A stretch of 64,000 nt of DNA, from contig JAWLBL010000002.1 of the NCBI GenBank assembly GCA_041687695.1, positions 134,761 through 198,760 of the forward strand. The letters are read 5' to 3'. The position numbers and the translations under genes are program-made. The stretch comes from Myxococcota bacterium. GTDB lineage: Bacteria > Myxococcota_A > UBA9042 > PHBI01 > JAWLBL01. Each line of letters opens with the position of its first letter. Positions within the stretch are counted from its first letter, which is position 1. A model generated the notes under the pieces. It ran no database searches and was not told the DNA's origin. It saw nothing but the letters and a program-made list of their open reading frames with translations. Of the stretch, positions 1 through 11,318 are shown one piece after another.

Positions 1-107
1 ACACCCATGTCCGCCAACCGTCTCCCGCTACCCGCAGCTGGTCCCATCTCTCGCGGTCGATAGCGCCGGCGTGGCCGGCGCGCTCCACAGCGCCTTCGGC
101 GCGAACG

Positions 108-280
108 ACACCCAACCCATCCAGCCCACCCACCCCCACCCATTCCTGTCCCGCCCACCTCACACCAACCCATCCTATCCCGCCCACCTCACCCCACCTC
201 ACCCCACCTCACCCCGCCCACCCCAGCCCATCCACCCAGCCCACACCCCACCCACCCCACCCCACTCCCCCCACCCACCC
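108..280. repeat. C/A-rich low-complexity tract (CCCAC/CCCCAC-like units)
   Basis: Runs such as cccacccccaccc and ccccacccaccccacccc; preceded by small hairpins gcgccggc-gtg-gccggcgc and gcgcc-ttc-ggcgc. Confidence 0.7.
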
Positions 281-384
281 AGACGTGACGCGCCACCCGC
301 CCGGGGTTATCTTCCTCGCCCACGCGCGGCCTGCCGCTGCGCGCGAGCCGACGCGAGCTGACGCGAGCTGACGAGGAACCCACG

Positions 385-2028
<1,644 letters not shown>

Positions 2029-2081
2029 GGGCGTCGCGAAGGGCTGGACGAGGACGCGCCCGGGCGGCTAGCTTGCCCGCC

Positions 2082-2549
2082 ATGAAGTGGTCGCGCCTCG
2101 TCCTCGCCTCGCTCCTGGCCCTGTCCGCCCCGTCCGCGCTCTCCGCCTGCGACGCCGAGGCCGAGGTCGTCGCCGTACGCGTCGCCAGCTTCGGCGCCGA
2201 CGGCGGCGTCGACATGACCACGGGCGCGGTCCAGGTGCCCGGGAACTTCGCCAACAGCGATCTGTTCGCCTCGGCCAACGGCGGCCACCTCAAGCTCGCC
2301 ACCGGCAGCGACAAGCCGACCACGAACCGGCCCGTGAACTGGTTCATCGGCGCCGGCGGCGTGGCCGCGACCTTCGCGGGCTTGGATGACGTGCCGGACG
2401 ACAGACCCGACGCCGCGACCACCCAGGCCCTGCCCCACGCCAAGACCGGCAACGGCTTCGTCCTGATGACCAGCCGCGGCACCTGGTTCAAGGGCTTCAT
2501 CCGCGAGGCCACGGCCACGCAGATCACCGTCGAGTACGGCCCGCTTTAG
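2082..2549 (+). CDS. Hypothetical lipoprotein, 155 aa
   Basis: MKWSRLVLASLLAL...LSAC signal peptide/lipobox; TAGCTT 7 nt before ATG; C-terminal part of ORF 879..2549. Confidence 0.75.
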   Translation: MKWSRLVLASLLALSAPSALSACDAEAEVVAVRVASFGADGGVDMTTGAVQVPGNFANSDLFASANGGHLKLATGSDKPTTNRPVNWFIGAGGVAATFAGLDDVPDDRPDAATTQALPHAKTGNGFVLMTSRGTWFKGFIREATATQITVEYGPL

Positions 2550-3009
2550 GCCGCTCGCGCGGCGCTCCCTCGCGCTCGGCCTCCCCGGCGGTGTCGCGGA
2601 AGGCCGCCTCGGCGTCCTCGGCGCGCCAGTCCTCGGCCCGATGGCCGTCTCGCGGCGCCGCGAAGTACAGCCGCAGCGGGTCCAGGTAGTACTCGTGCCA
2701 GCCGCGCTCGGCCCGCTGGCGGCCGCCGCTGGGCACGTCGGAGTGCCGCAGCGTCACCCGCGTGCCGCCCGCGATGGCGTCCAGGACGACCTCGACGCGC
2801 GACTCGGGCGCGTCCTCGGGGAACCCGACGGTGTGCCAGGCCTGCACGATGCGGCGCCCCGGCTCGAGGGCCAGCGGCCGCCCACGTCCGAACCCCTCGG
2901 CCGGCGGGTTGTCGCGCAGCGCCGGGTGTCGGTCGGGGTCGAGCCACGCCTCGTACACCTCTTCGGGCGTCGCAGGCAGGTCTCCCCACAGCTCGTAGTC
3001 TTGATCCAC
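2524..3009 (-). CDS. SRPBCC/AHSA1-like (START-fold) domain protein
   Basis: PEEVYEAWLDP, LEPGRRIVQAW, GTRVTLRH, GWHEYYLDPL; GTG start after GAGGAGG. Confidence 0.8.
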   Translation of the reverse strand: MDQDYELWGDLPATPEEVYEAWLDPDRHPALRDNPPAEGFGRGRPLALEPGRRIVQAWHTVGFPEDAPESRVEVVLDAIAGGTRVTLRHSDVPSGGRQRAERGWHEYYLDPLRLYFAAPRDGHRAEDWRAEDAEAAFRDTAGEAEREGAPRERPKAGRTRR

Positions 3010-3133
3010 GTCGGCCTCCTCTGCCCAGGCAACGGTCCCCGATGGGCGCGGCGCCCCCCCGACGAGGGGCGCCATCCATGCCCAACGAGATCAGTAACCC
3101 CGCGAGCCAAAAGGCCAACGCTGCTCGCGTCGG

Positions 3134-4132
3134 TCAGGCGCCGGCGCCACGCAGCCGGTCGAGCACCTGGCGCGCCTTGGGGCTGAGGGTCAGGCGGATG
3201 AAGTCGTGCAGATCCATCTGATCGCCTGGCGGCAGCTCCTCGCGCTCGAGCGCGCGCGACAGATCCCGCAGCATCACCCGGACCCGGTCGTAGGTGCCGC
3301 CGTCGGGCAGCCCCGACAGGTCGAGCCCAGGGTGGAACCAGCGCGACTGCAGGCGGAAGCTGGACGGCCGCACGCACACGTGACGTCCGGGCGCCCACAG
3401 GGCCGGCAGCACGGTCGCCAGCTGCCAGGAGGGGCCGGCGTCGCCGCCGCCGCTCAGGGTCGCCACGAAGGCGTCGAAGCGCTCCGCGTGCTCGCCCTCG
3501 CCGTGCAGCAGCTCGCGCGCCGCGCGGACGAACGCCGAACGCGCCGCGGGGTCGAGGTCCGCGACCAGCCCCACGTCCCGCTGCGTGGTCACCAGATCGG
3601 TGCGGCCGAGCAGCTCGACCACCGACTGCCACAGCTCGTCGCCGCGGCCCTCGGCCAGCAGCGTGTCCATCCGCTCGCGCGCGAGCACCTCGCCCGCCGC
3701 GGCCAGCGCCGGCTCGCGCAGCGACTTGCGGTCGCTGTCGGCGTCGCCGCGGATCTTGGCCAGCCAGTTCGCGTCCTCGAAGCCCTCGGGGAACAGCGCC
3801 TTGAAGACCTGCACCTGCTCGGGGAAGGTCGTGACCTGCTGCCCGGACGAGCGGGCGTCCGCGATGAGCTTGCGGCGCGCCGTGGCGACGCCGTGCTTGC
3901 GCATCAGCTCGTCGTGGATGCGGGCGGCGTCCTCGCTGGGCTTGTCGACCGGCTCCATCAGCTCGAACCAGCCCTGCTTGAACGTGCGCATGCGCCCGTC
4001 CTGGAACTGGAAGGTCCGCTGCGTGCGCTCGTCCCGCGTCAGGATCGCCAGGCCCCACTCGGCCCGCTTGGCATGCACGTACAGGGTCTCACCGGCCGCC
4101 TCGACCACGTTGCTCTCGATCTCCACCGACAT
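3134..4132 (-). CDS. Conserved hypothetical protein (DUF3553-like N-terminus, helical C-terminal domain)
   Basis: H..RAEWGL N-terminal beta module; C-terminal W..AT..P.L..P..H..VRP...Y...P.D.MD.HDF pattern; AAGGAGG RBS inside upstream gene. Confidence 0.7.
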   Translation of the reverse strand: MSVEIESNVVEAAGETLYVHAKRAEWGLAILTRDERTQRTFQFQDGRMRTFKQGWFELMEPVDKPSEDAARIHDELMRKHGVATARRKLIADARSSGQQVTTFPEQVQVFKALFPEGFEDANWLAKIRGDADSDRKSLREPALAAAGEVLARERMDTLLAEGRGDELWQSVVELLGRTDLVTTQRDVGLVADLDPAARSAFVRAARELLHGEGEHAERFDAFVATLSGGGDAGPSWQLATVLPALWAPGRHVCVRPSSFRLQSRWFHPGLDLSGLPDGGTYDRVRVMLRDLSRALEREELPPGDQMDLHDFIRLTLSPKARQVLDRLRGAGA

Positions 4133-4133
4133 C

Positions 4134-4331
4134 TCAGGCCTCCTTCCGGTCGCGCAGTTCGAAGACGTAGCTCTCGAGCGCGCCGTTGCGGAAGGTCATC
4201 CGCTCGCGGCCGTTGGGGTCGAGCACCTCGACGTCGCCGCGGTGGCGCCCGCTGAGGTCCTTGGCCTCGGCGATGGCCGTGGCCCGTGTGTCGTGGCCGG
4301 TGGTCTCGTCCCGGGTAATCACCTGGTACAT
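4134..4331 (-). CDS. Small hypothetical protein, 65 aa (MYQVITRDET...)
   Basis: AGGAG RBS before ATG 4331; stop abuts the downstream gene start. Confidence 0.7.
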   Translation of the reverse strand: MYQVITRDETTGHDTRATAIAEAKDLSGRHRGDVEVLDPNGRERMTFRNGALESYVFELRDRKEA

Positions 4332-4765
4332 GCACGCTCCTGGTCGGCGCGGATGTGCCACGCGGGGTGGCGCGACCGTGATCGTCGGGGCCCCACGAGG
4401 CGGCCCCCCCGCGACCGCTCGGGTCCGGGCTGAGGCCATCCGCTGGTTGCAGTGTCGCTCGAGCGGGCGCGTCGTCACGCAGGCCCCGGGCCTGCCGCGC
4501 CCAGCGACGTCGGACCACTATAGCCGCGGCGGCGGTGCGGTTCAACCTTGGCGCGGCGCAGTCTCAGGCAGCAGGCCGCTCCGGGGCCAAATGTGCTGCG
4601 ATGCAGCATGGCGCGCACCGCGCCGCCGGCGCCAATTGTTCGGGGCGGCGTGACGCGGCACTCGCGCGCGGGTATGCTCCCTGACCGGAGCCGGCGGCCA
4701 CCAGGGGACAGGCCGCTCGGCCCTCGGCACCGACCGCGGGTTCGCCCGCGCTGCGGCATGGACCC

Positions 4766-6010
4766 TTGAACCCGAGCGCCAACGACAACGGCCCCCTGCG
4801 GGTGGGCGCGATCCTCCAGGGTCGCTATCGCCTCGAGGCCGAGCTCGGCAGCGGGGCGATGGGCAGCGTCTACCGCGCCCGCACGCTCGAGGGCGCGGGG
4901 CCGGGCGCCGCCGCCCAGGTGGCCGTCAAGGTGCTGCGGCCCGAGCTCATCCACGACGCCCGCACGGTGGTGCGCTTCGAGCAGGAGGCGCGCGCCGTGG
5001 GCCGGCTGCGCCACGCGAACGTCGTGCACCTCATCGACGTCGGCCGCACGGCGGGGGGCGAGCTGTTCCTCGTCATGGAGCTGGCCGAGGGCGTGCCGCT
5101 GTCGCAGGTCATCGCGCGGGACGCGCCGCTGCCCATGCGCCGGATCATCCGCCTGGCGCGCCAGATCGCCTCGGCCCTGCGCGAAGCCCACGAGCAGGGC
5201 TTCATCCACCGCGATCTGAAGCCCGACAACATCATCGTCGGCCGCCCCGGGCAGCCCGACGAGCGCGTGAAGGTGCTGGACTTCGGCGTGGCCAAGGACA
5301 CCGGCGCGGTGGGCAGCAGCGTCACGGCCACCGGGATGGTGGTCGGCACCCCGGGCTACATGTCGCCCGAGCAGGCCAACGCCAAGCCGGTCACGGCCAA
5401 GGCGGACCTGTACGCCTTCGGCGCCATCGTCTACGAGCTGCTGTGCGGCCGGCCGGTCTTCCCGGCCGAGACGGTCATCGAGAGCATGATCGCCCACGTC
5501 CACCAGACGCCCGAGCTGCCCTCCGTGCGCGGGCGGCGCCTGGACGGGCCCATGGTCGAGCTGGTCATGCGGTGCCTCGAGAAGGGGCCCGAGGCGCGGC
5601 CCGACAGCGCCGACGCCATCCTTGGCGTGCTGGACGACTGCGAGGCGCGGCTCATCATCGACGAGAGCTTGGGGCGCTCGGCCGAGGTGGCCCTGCACGG
5701 GGCCGAGACGATCCCGCCGGGCACCCTCCCCCGCCCGAACGCGCGGTCCGAGGCGGCCATCGACCCGCTCGCCAAGACCATCCCGCCCGACGGGCTCGGC
5801 CTCATGAACGCGCAGGTCATGGCGACGGTGGTCGCGCCGATCAAGGTACCCACGCCGCCGCGCGCCGGGACGCCGCCGGCCACGCCGCAGGCCTCGACGC
5901 CCGCGCCGGCGCCGGGGCGCCGTCGCCAACGCATCCCCTGGGGCGCGGTGGTGGCGGGGCTGGCCTTCGCCGGGCTGCTCGTGGCCGCGCTGACCCTGGC
6001 CGGGGTCTGA
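4766..6010 (+). CDS. Hanks-type Ser/Thr protein kinase with C-terminal TM anchor
   Basis: LGSGAMGSVY, VAVK, HRDLKPDN, DFG, GTPGYMSPEQ; Pro-rich linker; hydrophobic C-terminus. Confidence 0.95.
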   Translation: MNPSANDNGPLRVGAILQGRYRLEAELGSGAMGSVYRARTLEGAGPGAAAQVAVKVLRPELIHDARTVVRFEQEARAVGRLRHANVVHLIDVGRTAGGELFLVMELAEGVPLSQVIARDAPLPMRRIIRLARQIASALREAHEQGFIHRDLKPDNIIVGRPGQPDERVKVLDFGVAKDTGAVGSSVTATGMVVGTPGYMSPEQANAKPVTAKADLYAFGAIVYELLCGRPVFPAETVIESMIAHVHQTPELPSVRGRRLDGPMVELVMRCLEKGPEARPDSADAILGVLDDCEARLIIDESLGRSAEVALHGAETIPPGTLPRPNARSEAAIDPLAKTIPPDGLGLMNAQVMATVVAPIKVPTPPRAGTPPATPQASTPAPAPGRRRQRIPWGAVVAGLAFAGLLVAALTLAGV

Positions 6011-6030
6011 GGCCAGACGAACGGACGCGA

Positions 6031-6801
6031 CTAGAGGCTACCGCCGACGGCGACGCGAAGGGCAACGCCCAGGTAGTCGAATGCGTCGCGCGCCTGGTGC
6101 GTGACCTCGAGGCGGTAGTCGAACCAGGCGAACTGGTTGAACGAAGCCTTGGTCCGGAGCCCCAGCCGGTACCAACCGCCGCGTAGGCTGGCCCCGCCTT
6201 CCAGGCGTCCGACCCGAGTCGGCACCGTCGCGCCGACGATGAGCTCTCCCGTGACGTCCTGGATGGCGTCGAGGTCGTCTCCGGTCGTGTAGTTGAAGAA
6301 GGAGCGGTCCCAGATCTCGCCGTACAGCAGATGAACGGTGGGGGCCCGGTCGTCCTCGCCGAAGACCGCCTGCGCGCCCACGGCGAGCAGCGCCGATAGA
6401 TAACTGGTGTCGATGGTCTGGTCGGAGCTGCCGACGACCTGATCACCCACCTTGTCGACGGCCGTGTAGGAGACGTCGCCGAAGCCGATCATGATCTCGC
6501 CTACGAACAGCGGCTGGAGGATCCAGCCGCGCTTGAAGAGCGGGATCTCCGGCCAGAGCGGCCAGAACAGCTCGACGTCCATGTAGGCGAAACCCGTCGA
6601 GGTCGTCTGGCGGCGGTTGTCGCTGCCGTGGGCGAGACGCAGGCCCCAGCTGAACTCGAACCACTCCGGGCGGGCTGGTACCTCGTCGGCGTGCGCGGCC
6701 GCCGAGGTGGTCAGGAGCGACATGGTCGCGGCCAAAGCCCCGAGCCGCGCCGCCCATCGCCCCTGTCGCGCGCAGCTGCCCCCCATCGCGCACCCTCCCA
6801 A
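6031..6801 (-). CDS. Secreted hypothetical protein, possible outer-membrane beta-barrel
   Basis: Signal peptide ending AAAHA; alternating aromatic/hydrophobic strands; start codon uncertain. Confidence 0.65.
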   Translation of the reverse strand: MGGCAMGGSCARQGRWAARLGALAATMSLLTTSAAAHADEVPARPEWFEFSWGLRLAHGSDNRRQTTSTGFAYMDVELFWPLWPEIPLFKRGWILQPLFVGEIMIGFGDVSYTAVDKVGDQVVGSSDQTIDTSYLSALLAVGAQAVFGEDDRAPTVHLLYGEIWDRSFFNYTTGDDLDAIQDVTGELIVGATVPTRVGRLEGGASLRGGWYRLGLRTKASFNQFAWFDYRLEVTHQARDAFDYLGVALRVAVGGSL

Positions 6802-6945
6802 CCGAAGTCGTCGAGCTTCAGACCAAGCGGTCCCCCTACTGTCGCAGCTTGTGGCACGACGCCGTCGGTACGGTCAAGACGGAGCCGAGCGAGGGATTTG
6901 CGGGTGTGGGCTCGGCGGCGGATACTCGCGGCCGGAGGTCGACGC

Positions 6946-7413
6946 ATGCAGTGGTATCGAGTGGTGGTGGCCGCGGATCGTTCGGGCGAGCGCCGGGCGC
7001 GACACGCCGTCGCGTACGTGGAGGCGGCCGACGAGGCGGCGGCTCGGGAGGCCGGCCTCGAGGCGGCCCGGGCCGACTGGCAGGCGCTGACCCACACGCC
7101 GATGCACGTCGACGGCGTCCCGCTGCAGGGCCACCGGATCGTGACCTGCACGCGCATGACCGAGGACGACCTGCACGCGTACGCCCATCACCGGCTGGAC
7201 TTCGAGACGGCGGACCGGCGGCGCCTCGTGCGCGGCTACGATCTGATGGAGGACGGCGACGCCTGGTGGGTCGTGCTGGGCGAGCTGCGGCGGCGTCTGG
7301 GGCAGGCCGAGGCCGAGGTCCGGCGGCTGCGCGAGCGCCTCGGGGCCGAGCCCGAGGTCGAGGAGCTCTCGGCCGAGGACATCCTGGAGGCGGTCGACCT
7401 CAGCGGTCGATGA
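6946..7413 (+). CDS. Hypothetical protein with C-terminal coiled coil
   Basis: GGAGG RBS before ATG 6946 (MQWYRVVV); normal codon bias. Confidence 0.7.
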   Translation: MQWYRVVVAADRSGERRARHAVAYVEAADEAAAREAGLEAARADWQALTHTPMHVDGVPLQGHRIVTCTRMTEDDLHAYAHHRLDFETADRRRLVRGYDLMEDGDAWWVVLGELRRRLGQAEAEVRRLRERLGAEPEVEELSAEDILEAVDLSGR

Positions 7414-7864
7414 CGACCAGCTTCACGCGCGCCTCGCCGGCCTGGATGAGGTCCAGCGCCTGAGCCGCGGCCCGCGACACGTCGACGATGCGGCGGCCCG
7501 TGTGGGGCCCGCGGTCGTTGACGCGCAAGACGACGGACTTGCCGTTGCCGAGGTGCTCGACCCGGACGGTGGTGCCGAAGGGGAGCGTCGGGTGGGCGCA
7601 GGTCATCGCGCGCTCGTCGTAGCGCTCGCCGCTGGCGGTGCGGCGCCCGTGGAAGCGGCGCGCGTAGTAGGAGGCCTTGCCGATCTGGGGGGTGACCCGG
7701 GGCGGCGCCTTCTTGGGGGGCTTGGCCTTGGGGGCGGCGCGCCTGGTCGGCTCGGGTTTGGCGGCCCAGGCCGGCGCGGGGGCCAGGACCGCGGCGGCGG
7801 GGGCGGCCGCGACCGCGAAGGCGAGGGCCAGGAGCAGGCGGCGGACGGGGCGGAGCGCGCGCAT
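7400..7864 (-). CDS. rlpA: RlpA-family lytic transglycosylase (DPBB_1)
   Basis: GKASYY, TASGERYD, TCAHPTLPFGT, RVNDRGP, IVDVSRAAA; signal peptide. Confidence 0.92.
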   Translation of the reverse strand: MRALRPVRRLLLALAFAVAAAPAAAVLAPAPAWAAKPEPTRRAAPKAKPPKKAPPRVTPQIGKASYYARRFHGRRTASGERYDERAMTCAHPTLPFGTTVRVEHLGNGKSVVLRVNDRGPHTGRRIVDVSRAAAQALDLIQAGEARVKLVVIDR

Positions 7865-7943
7865 CACCCGTAAGGTAGCATGCGCGTTGGGGTTTGGGGT
7901 CGCGATTGCGGACGGTGGGCGGGCGCGTGTAGCCTCTGGGGCC

Positions 7944-9389
7944 GTGAACGAATCCGCCGAACGCCGCGCGAGCAAGCTGCAGACCATCCTCGAGGTCGCC
8001 AAGGCCATGGTGGGCCTGCGGGACCTGGATCGGCTCTTGGCGACGGTCACGACGGCGGCGGCGAGCGTGGTCGAGGCCGAGCGCTGCACGCTGTTCCTGG
8101 TCGATCGCGAGCGGGGCGAGCTGTGGAGCAAGATCGCGCAGGGGGAGACGCGCGAGATCCGGGTGCCGGTGGGGCTCGGGCTGGCGGGGCACGTGGCGGC
8201 GACCGGCGAGGCGGTGCGGCTCGAGGACGCCTACGCGGACGCGCGGTTCAACCGGGCCGTGGACCTGTCGACGGGGTTCCGGACGCGGAGCCTGCTGTGC
8301 GTGCCGATGGTGAACACGCGCGAGCAGGTCGTGGGCGTGCTGCAGGCGCTGAACCGGACGGAGGGCGTGTTCACGGCCGAGGACGAGGAGCTGCTGGTGG
8401 CCTTGGGCGGGCAGGCGGCGATGGCGATCGAGAACGCGGTGCTGCACGAGGAGATTCAGGCGCTGTTCGAGGGCTTCGTGCGGGCGTCCGTGGTGGCCAT
8501 CGAGTCGCGCGATCCGACGACGGCCGGGCACTCGGATCGGGTGGCGGTGCTGACGGTCGATCTGGCCAGGGCCGCCGAGAAGGCGCCGCCCGCGGGGCCC
8601 GAGTACGCGGGCCTGCGCTTTTCGGCCGACGATCTGAAGCAGCTGCGGTACGCGGCGCTGCTGCACGACTTCGGCAAGGTGGGCGTGCGCGAGCACGTGC
8701 TGGTCAAGGCGGACAAGCTGTACCCGCACGAGCGCGAGCGGCTCGAGGCGCGCTTCGAACTCATCCGCGCGCGGGCCGAGGTCGAGGCGCTGCGGGCGCG
8801 GCTCGAGGGACGGGATCCCGCGGGGCACGAGGCCGAGCTGGCCGAGCTGGACGCCCTTTGGGACGTCGTCGAGCGCGCCAACCGGCCGTCGCTGCTGGAC
8901 GGCGAGGTCTCCGAGCGGCTGCGCGAGCTGGCGGCGCGGACCTTCGTGGACGCGCGTGGGCGGGTGCAGCCCTACCTGACGCCGGCCGAGGTGGCGTCGC
9001 TGTCGATCACGCGCGGGACGCTGACGGCGGCCGAGCGGCAGGAGATCGAGCGGCACGTGACGCAGACCTACCGGTTCCTGTCGCAGATCGCCTGGACGCG
9101 CGAGCTGCGGCGGGTGCCCGAGATCGCCTGGGCGCACCACGAGAAGCTGGACGGGCGCGGGTACCCGCGGGGGCTGTCGGGGGCGCAGGTGCCGATCGAG
9201 AGCCGGATGATGGCCATCGCGGACATCTTCGACGCGCTGACCGCCGCGGACCGGCCCTACAAGAAGGCGGTGCCGCGCGATCGGGCGCTGGACATCCTCA
9301 GCGCCGAGGCCCACGCCGGAAAGCTCGACGCTGGGCTGCTGGACGTCTTCGTGGGCGCGCGCGTGTGGCAGGCGACGGATCAGCCCTGA
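7944..9389 (+). CDS. GAF + HD-GYP cyclic dinucleotide phosphodiesterase
   Basis: GAF (FNRAVD..TGFRTRSLLCVP), GHSDRV, LLHDFGK, HHEKLDGRGYP, ADIFDALT. Confidence 0.93.
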   Translation: MNESAERRASKLQTILEVAKAMVGLRDLDRLLATVTTAAASVVEAERCTLFLVDRERGELWSKIAQGETREIRVPVGLGLAGHVAATGEAVRLEDAYADARFNRAVDLSTGFRTRSLLCVPMVNTREQVVGVLQALNRTEGVFTAEDEELLVALGGQAAMAIENAVLHEEIQALFEGFVRASVVAIESRDPTTAGHSDRVAVLTVDLARAAEKAPPAGPEYAGLRFSADDLKQLRYAALLHDFGKVGVREHVLVKADKLYPHERERLEARFELIRARAEVEALRARLEGRDPAGHEAELAELDALWDVVERANRPSLLDGEVSERLRELAARTFVDARGRVQPYLTPAEVASLSITRGTLTAAERQEIERHVTQTYRFLSQIAWTRELRRVPEIAWAHHEKLDGRGYPRGLSGAQVPIESRMMAIADIFDALTAADRPYKKAVPRDRALDILSAEAHAGKLDAGLLDVFVGARVWQATDQP

Positions 9390-9431
9390 CCGGGGCTTGG
9401 CACGAGACGAGGCCGGGCCTAGCCTACGGGC

Positions 9432-10010
9432 ATGACCGCGCACGCACCTCAGCCGCCGCCGCGAACGCCACAGCGCAAGTGGGGAGTCGATGAAGTCCTC
9501 CGGATGGTCGAGCTCGGCATCCTGCGAGACGACGAGCCGCTCGAGCTCATCGACGGCGAGCTGGTCATCGTGAGCCCCCAGGGACCTGCGCATCTCGCGG
9601 TGACGGCTGGGCTCCGACGCATGCTCGAGGGCGCCTACGGCCCTCGTCACCTCGGGATCACCCACAGCCCACTCCTGGCGGGTGACGGTTCGCTTCCCGA
9701 GCCCGACGTCATGATCGTGCGCGGCGACCATCACGCGTTCGTGCGCCGACTGCCTACGGGCTCGGATGCCGTGCTGGTCGTGGAGATTGCGCAGACCAGC
9801 CAGGCGGCCGACCGACGCAAGGCCGAGATCTACGCCAGGGCCGGCGTGGCCGTGTACTGGCTGCTGGATCTGGTGGCGCGGCGGCTCGAGGTGCGCACCG
9901 GGCCGACCGAGGACGGGCAGTACACCGAGACGCGCCTGCTCTTGGAGGACGAGGAGGTCGCGCTGCCGGGCCTCGACCAGCGCATGGCGGTCAAGGATAT
10001 GCTGCCCTGA
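9432..10010 (+). CDS. Uma2 (DUF820) family PD-(D/E)XK endonuclease-fold protein
   Basis: LELIDGEL, PEPDV, LVVEIA, KAEIYARAGV.YWLLD. Confidence 0.92.
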   Translation: MTAHAPQPPPRTPQRKWGVDEVLRMVELGILRDDEPLELIDGELVIVSPQGPAHLAVTAGLRRMLEGAYGPRHLGITHSPLLAGDGSLPEPDVMIVRGDHHAFVRRLPTGSDAVLVVEIAQTSQAADRRKAEIYARAGVAVYWLLDLVARRLEVRTGPTEDGQYTETRLLLEDEEVALPGLDQRMAVKDMLP

Positions 10011-10019
10011 TGCCCTGAG

Positions 10020-11225
10020 TCAGGGCTTGGCGCTGAAGCTCACCGCGGGCGAGACCTGGACGTCGCCCGAGAGCAGGGCGTCGACCGTGGGGTCGCCCAG
10101 GACGTGCCGACGCGCGAAGCCCAGGGCGTAGTGGTTCACGATGCCGAAGCCCTCGGCGTCGGAGATCGCGTCGCACCCGCCCAGGGCGAAGACCTGGTGG
10201 CAGCCGCCCGCGATGTCGACGCGCAGGGCGGGGCCGGTCAGCGCCGCCCAGGTGGGGTCGCCCTCGCCGAGGTTCTTCACCGAGTCGTCGGCGGCGCCGG
10301 TCATCATCAGGATGGGCGCCTGCACGGCGGCGTAGCCCGCGTCTCCGAACATCGCGCGGTTGCCGGCGGCCATCGGGATGGCGGCGACGACGCGCGGGTC
10401 GCGGGTGCCGGCGGCGAAGACGGCCAGCTCGTCGTCGCTGCAGGGGGCGCCGCCCGGGCCCTGGCCCGCGGCGCAGTCGGCCTGAAGGCGCGCCATGTCG
10501 AAGGCGGCGCCGGCGACGGCGAAGGTGGTGTAGCCGCCGTAGCTGTGGCCGCTCATGACGACCGCGTCCAGGGCGAGCTGGCCGGCCAGCGGGTCGGCGG
10601 CGTCGCCGTCGGCGGGCAGGGCGGCCAGGTGGTCGAGCGAGGCGGAGATGTCGAGCCCGCGCACGAAGTACATCCAGGTGGGGCGCGGGTTGAGGGCGTC
10701 GGCCAGGGTGTTGCCGGTGTGGTCGGGGGCGGCGACGACCCAGCCGTGGGTGGCGAAGTGGCGCATCAGCGAAGCCGAGGAGCCGGCGAAGCCCATGTGG
10801 CCGTGGGAGTGGACGTGGACCGGGTAGCGGTCGCCATAGCCGGCCTCGGGCGGGGCGAGCGAGGCGTCGACGAAGCTGTCGTCGTCGGGGAACAGGCCCA
10901 GGTAGCGGGCGCCCTCGCCGGTCTCGTCGAGGGTCGGGTACCACAGGTGCAGCTTGACGGTGCGCGGGGCGGGGGCGCCGGCCGGGTCGTAGGTGACCTG
11001 CATCGTGCGGTAGCCGACGCGGTAGGGGCCCGCCTCGCCGACGGGCCAGGTCAGCGGCTCGGGCAGCGGCACGTCCGGGTCGTCGGTGTCGGGCTCGGCG
11101 TCGGGCTCGGCGTCGGAGTCCTTCACCTCGGCCTCTGCGTCGGGCAGCTCGGTGAAGGTGGTGGCGGGGTCACCCTCGCAGCCGGCGAGGAGGGCGAAGC
11201 TGAGCAGCAGGGGCAGTCGGCGCAT
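10020..11225 (-). CDS. Alpha/beta-hydrolase lipoprotein
   Basis: LAGC lipobox; HLWYP, SHGHMG, PDHTGN, GHSYGG nucleophile elbow. Confidence 0.88.
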   Translation of the reverse strand: MRRLPLLLSFALLAGCEGDPATTFTELPDAEAEVKDSDAEPDAEPDTDDPDVPLPEPLTWPVGEAGPYRVGYRTMQVTYDPAGAPAPRTVKLHLWYPTLDETGEGARYLGLFPDDDSFVDASLAPPEAGYGDRYPVHVHSHGHMGFAGSSASLMRHFATHGWVVAAPDHTGNTLADALNPRPTWMYFVRGLDISASLDHLAALPADGDAADPLAGQLALDAVVMSGHSYGGYTTFAVAGAAFDMARLQADCAAGQGPGGAPCSDDELAVFAAGTRDPRVVAAIPMAAGNRAMFGDAGYAAVQAPILMMTGAADDSVKNLGEGDPTWAALTGPALRVDIAGGCHQVFALGGCDAISDAEGFGIVNHYALGFARRHVLGDPTVDALLSGDVQVSPAVSFSAKP

Positions 11226-11318
11226 GGGATGGAGTTAGCAGCAGCGCGGCGGTGGCGTCCAGCTTGCCCGGGGCGGCGCGCGTGATTAGCCTCCCCGCCG
11301 CGATCGCGAGGTGAGTCG

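Noticed and set aside
9432..10010. Uma2 gene as a defence system
   Set aside because: Solitary member of a common multicopy family with no partner genes.
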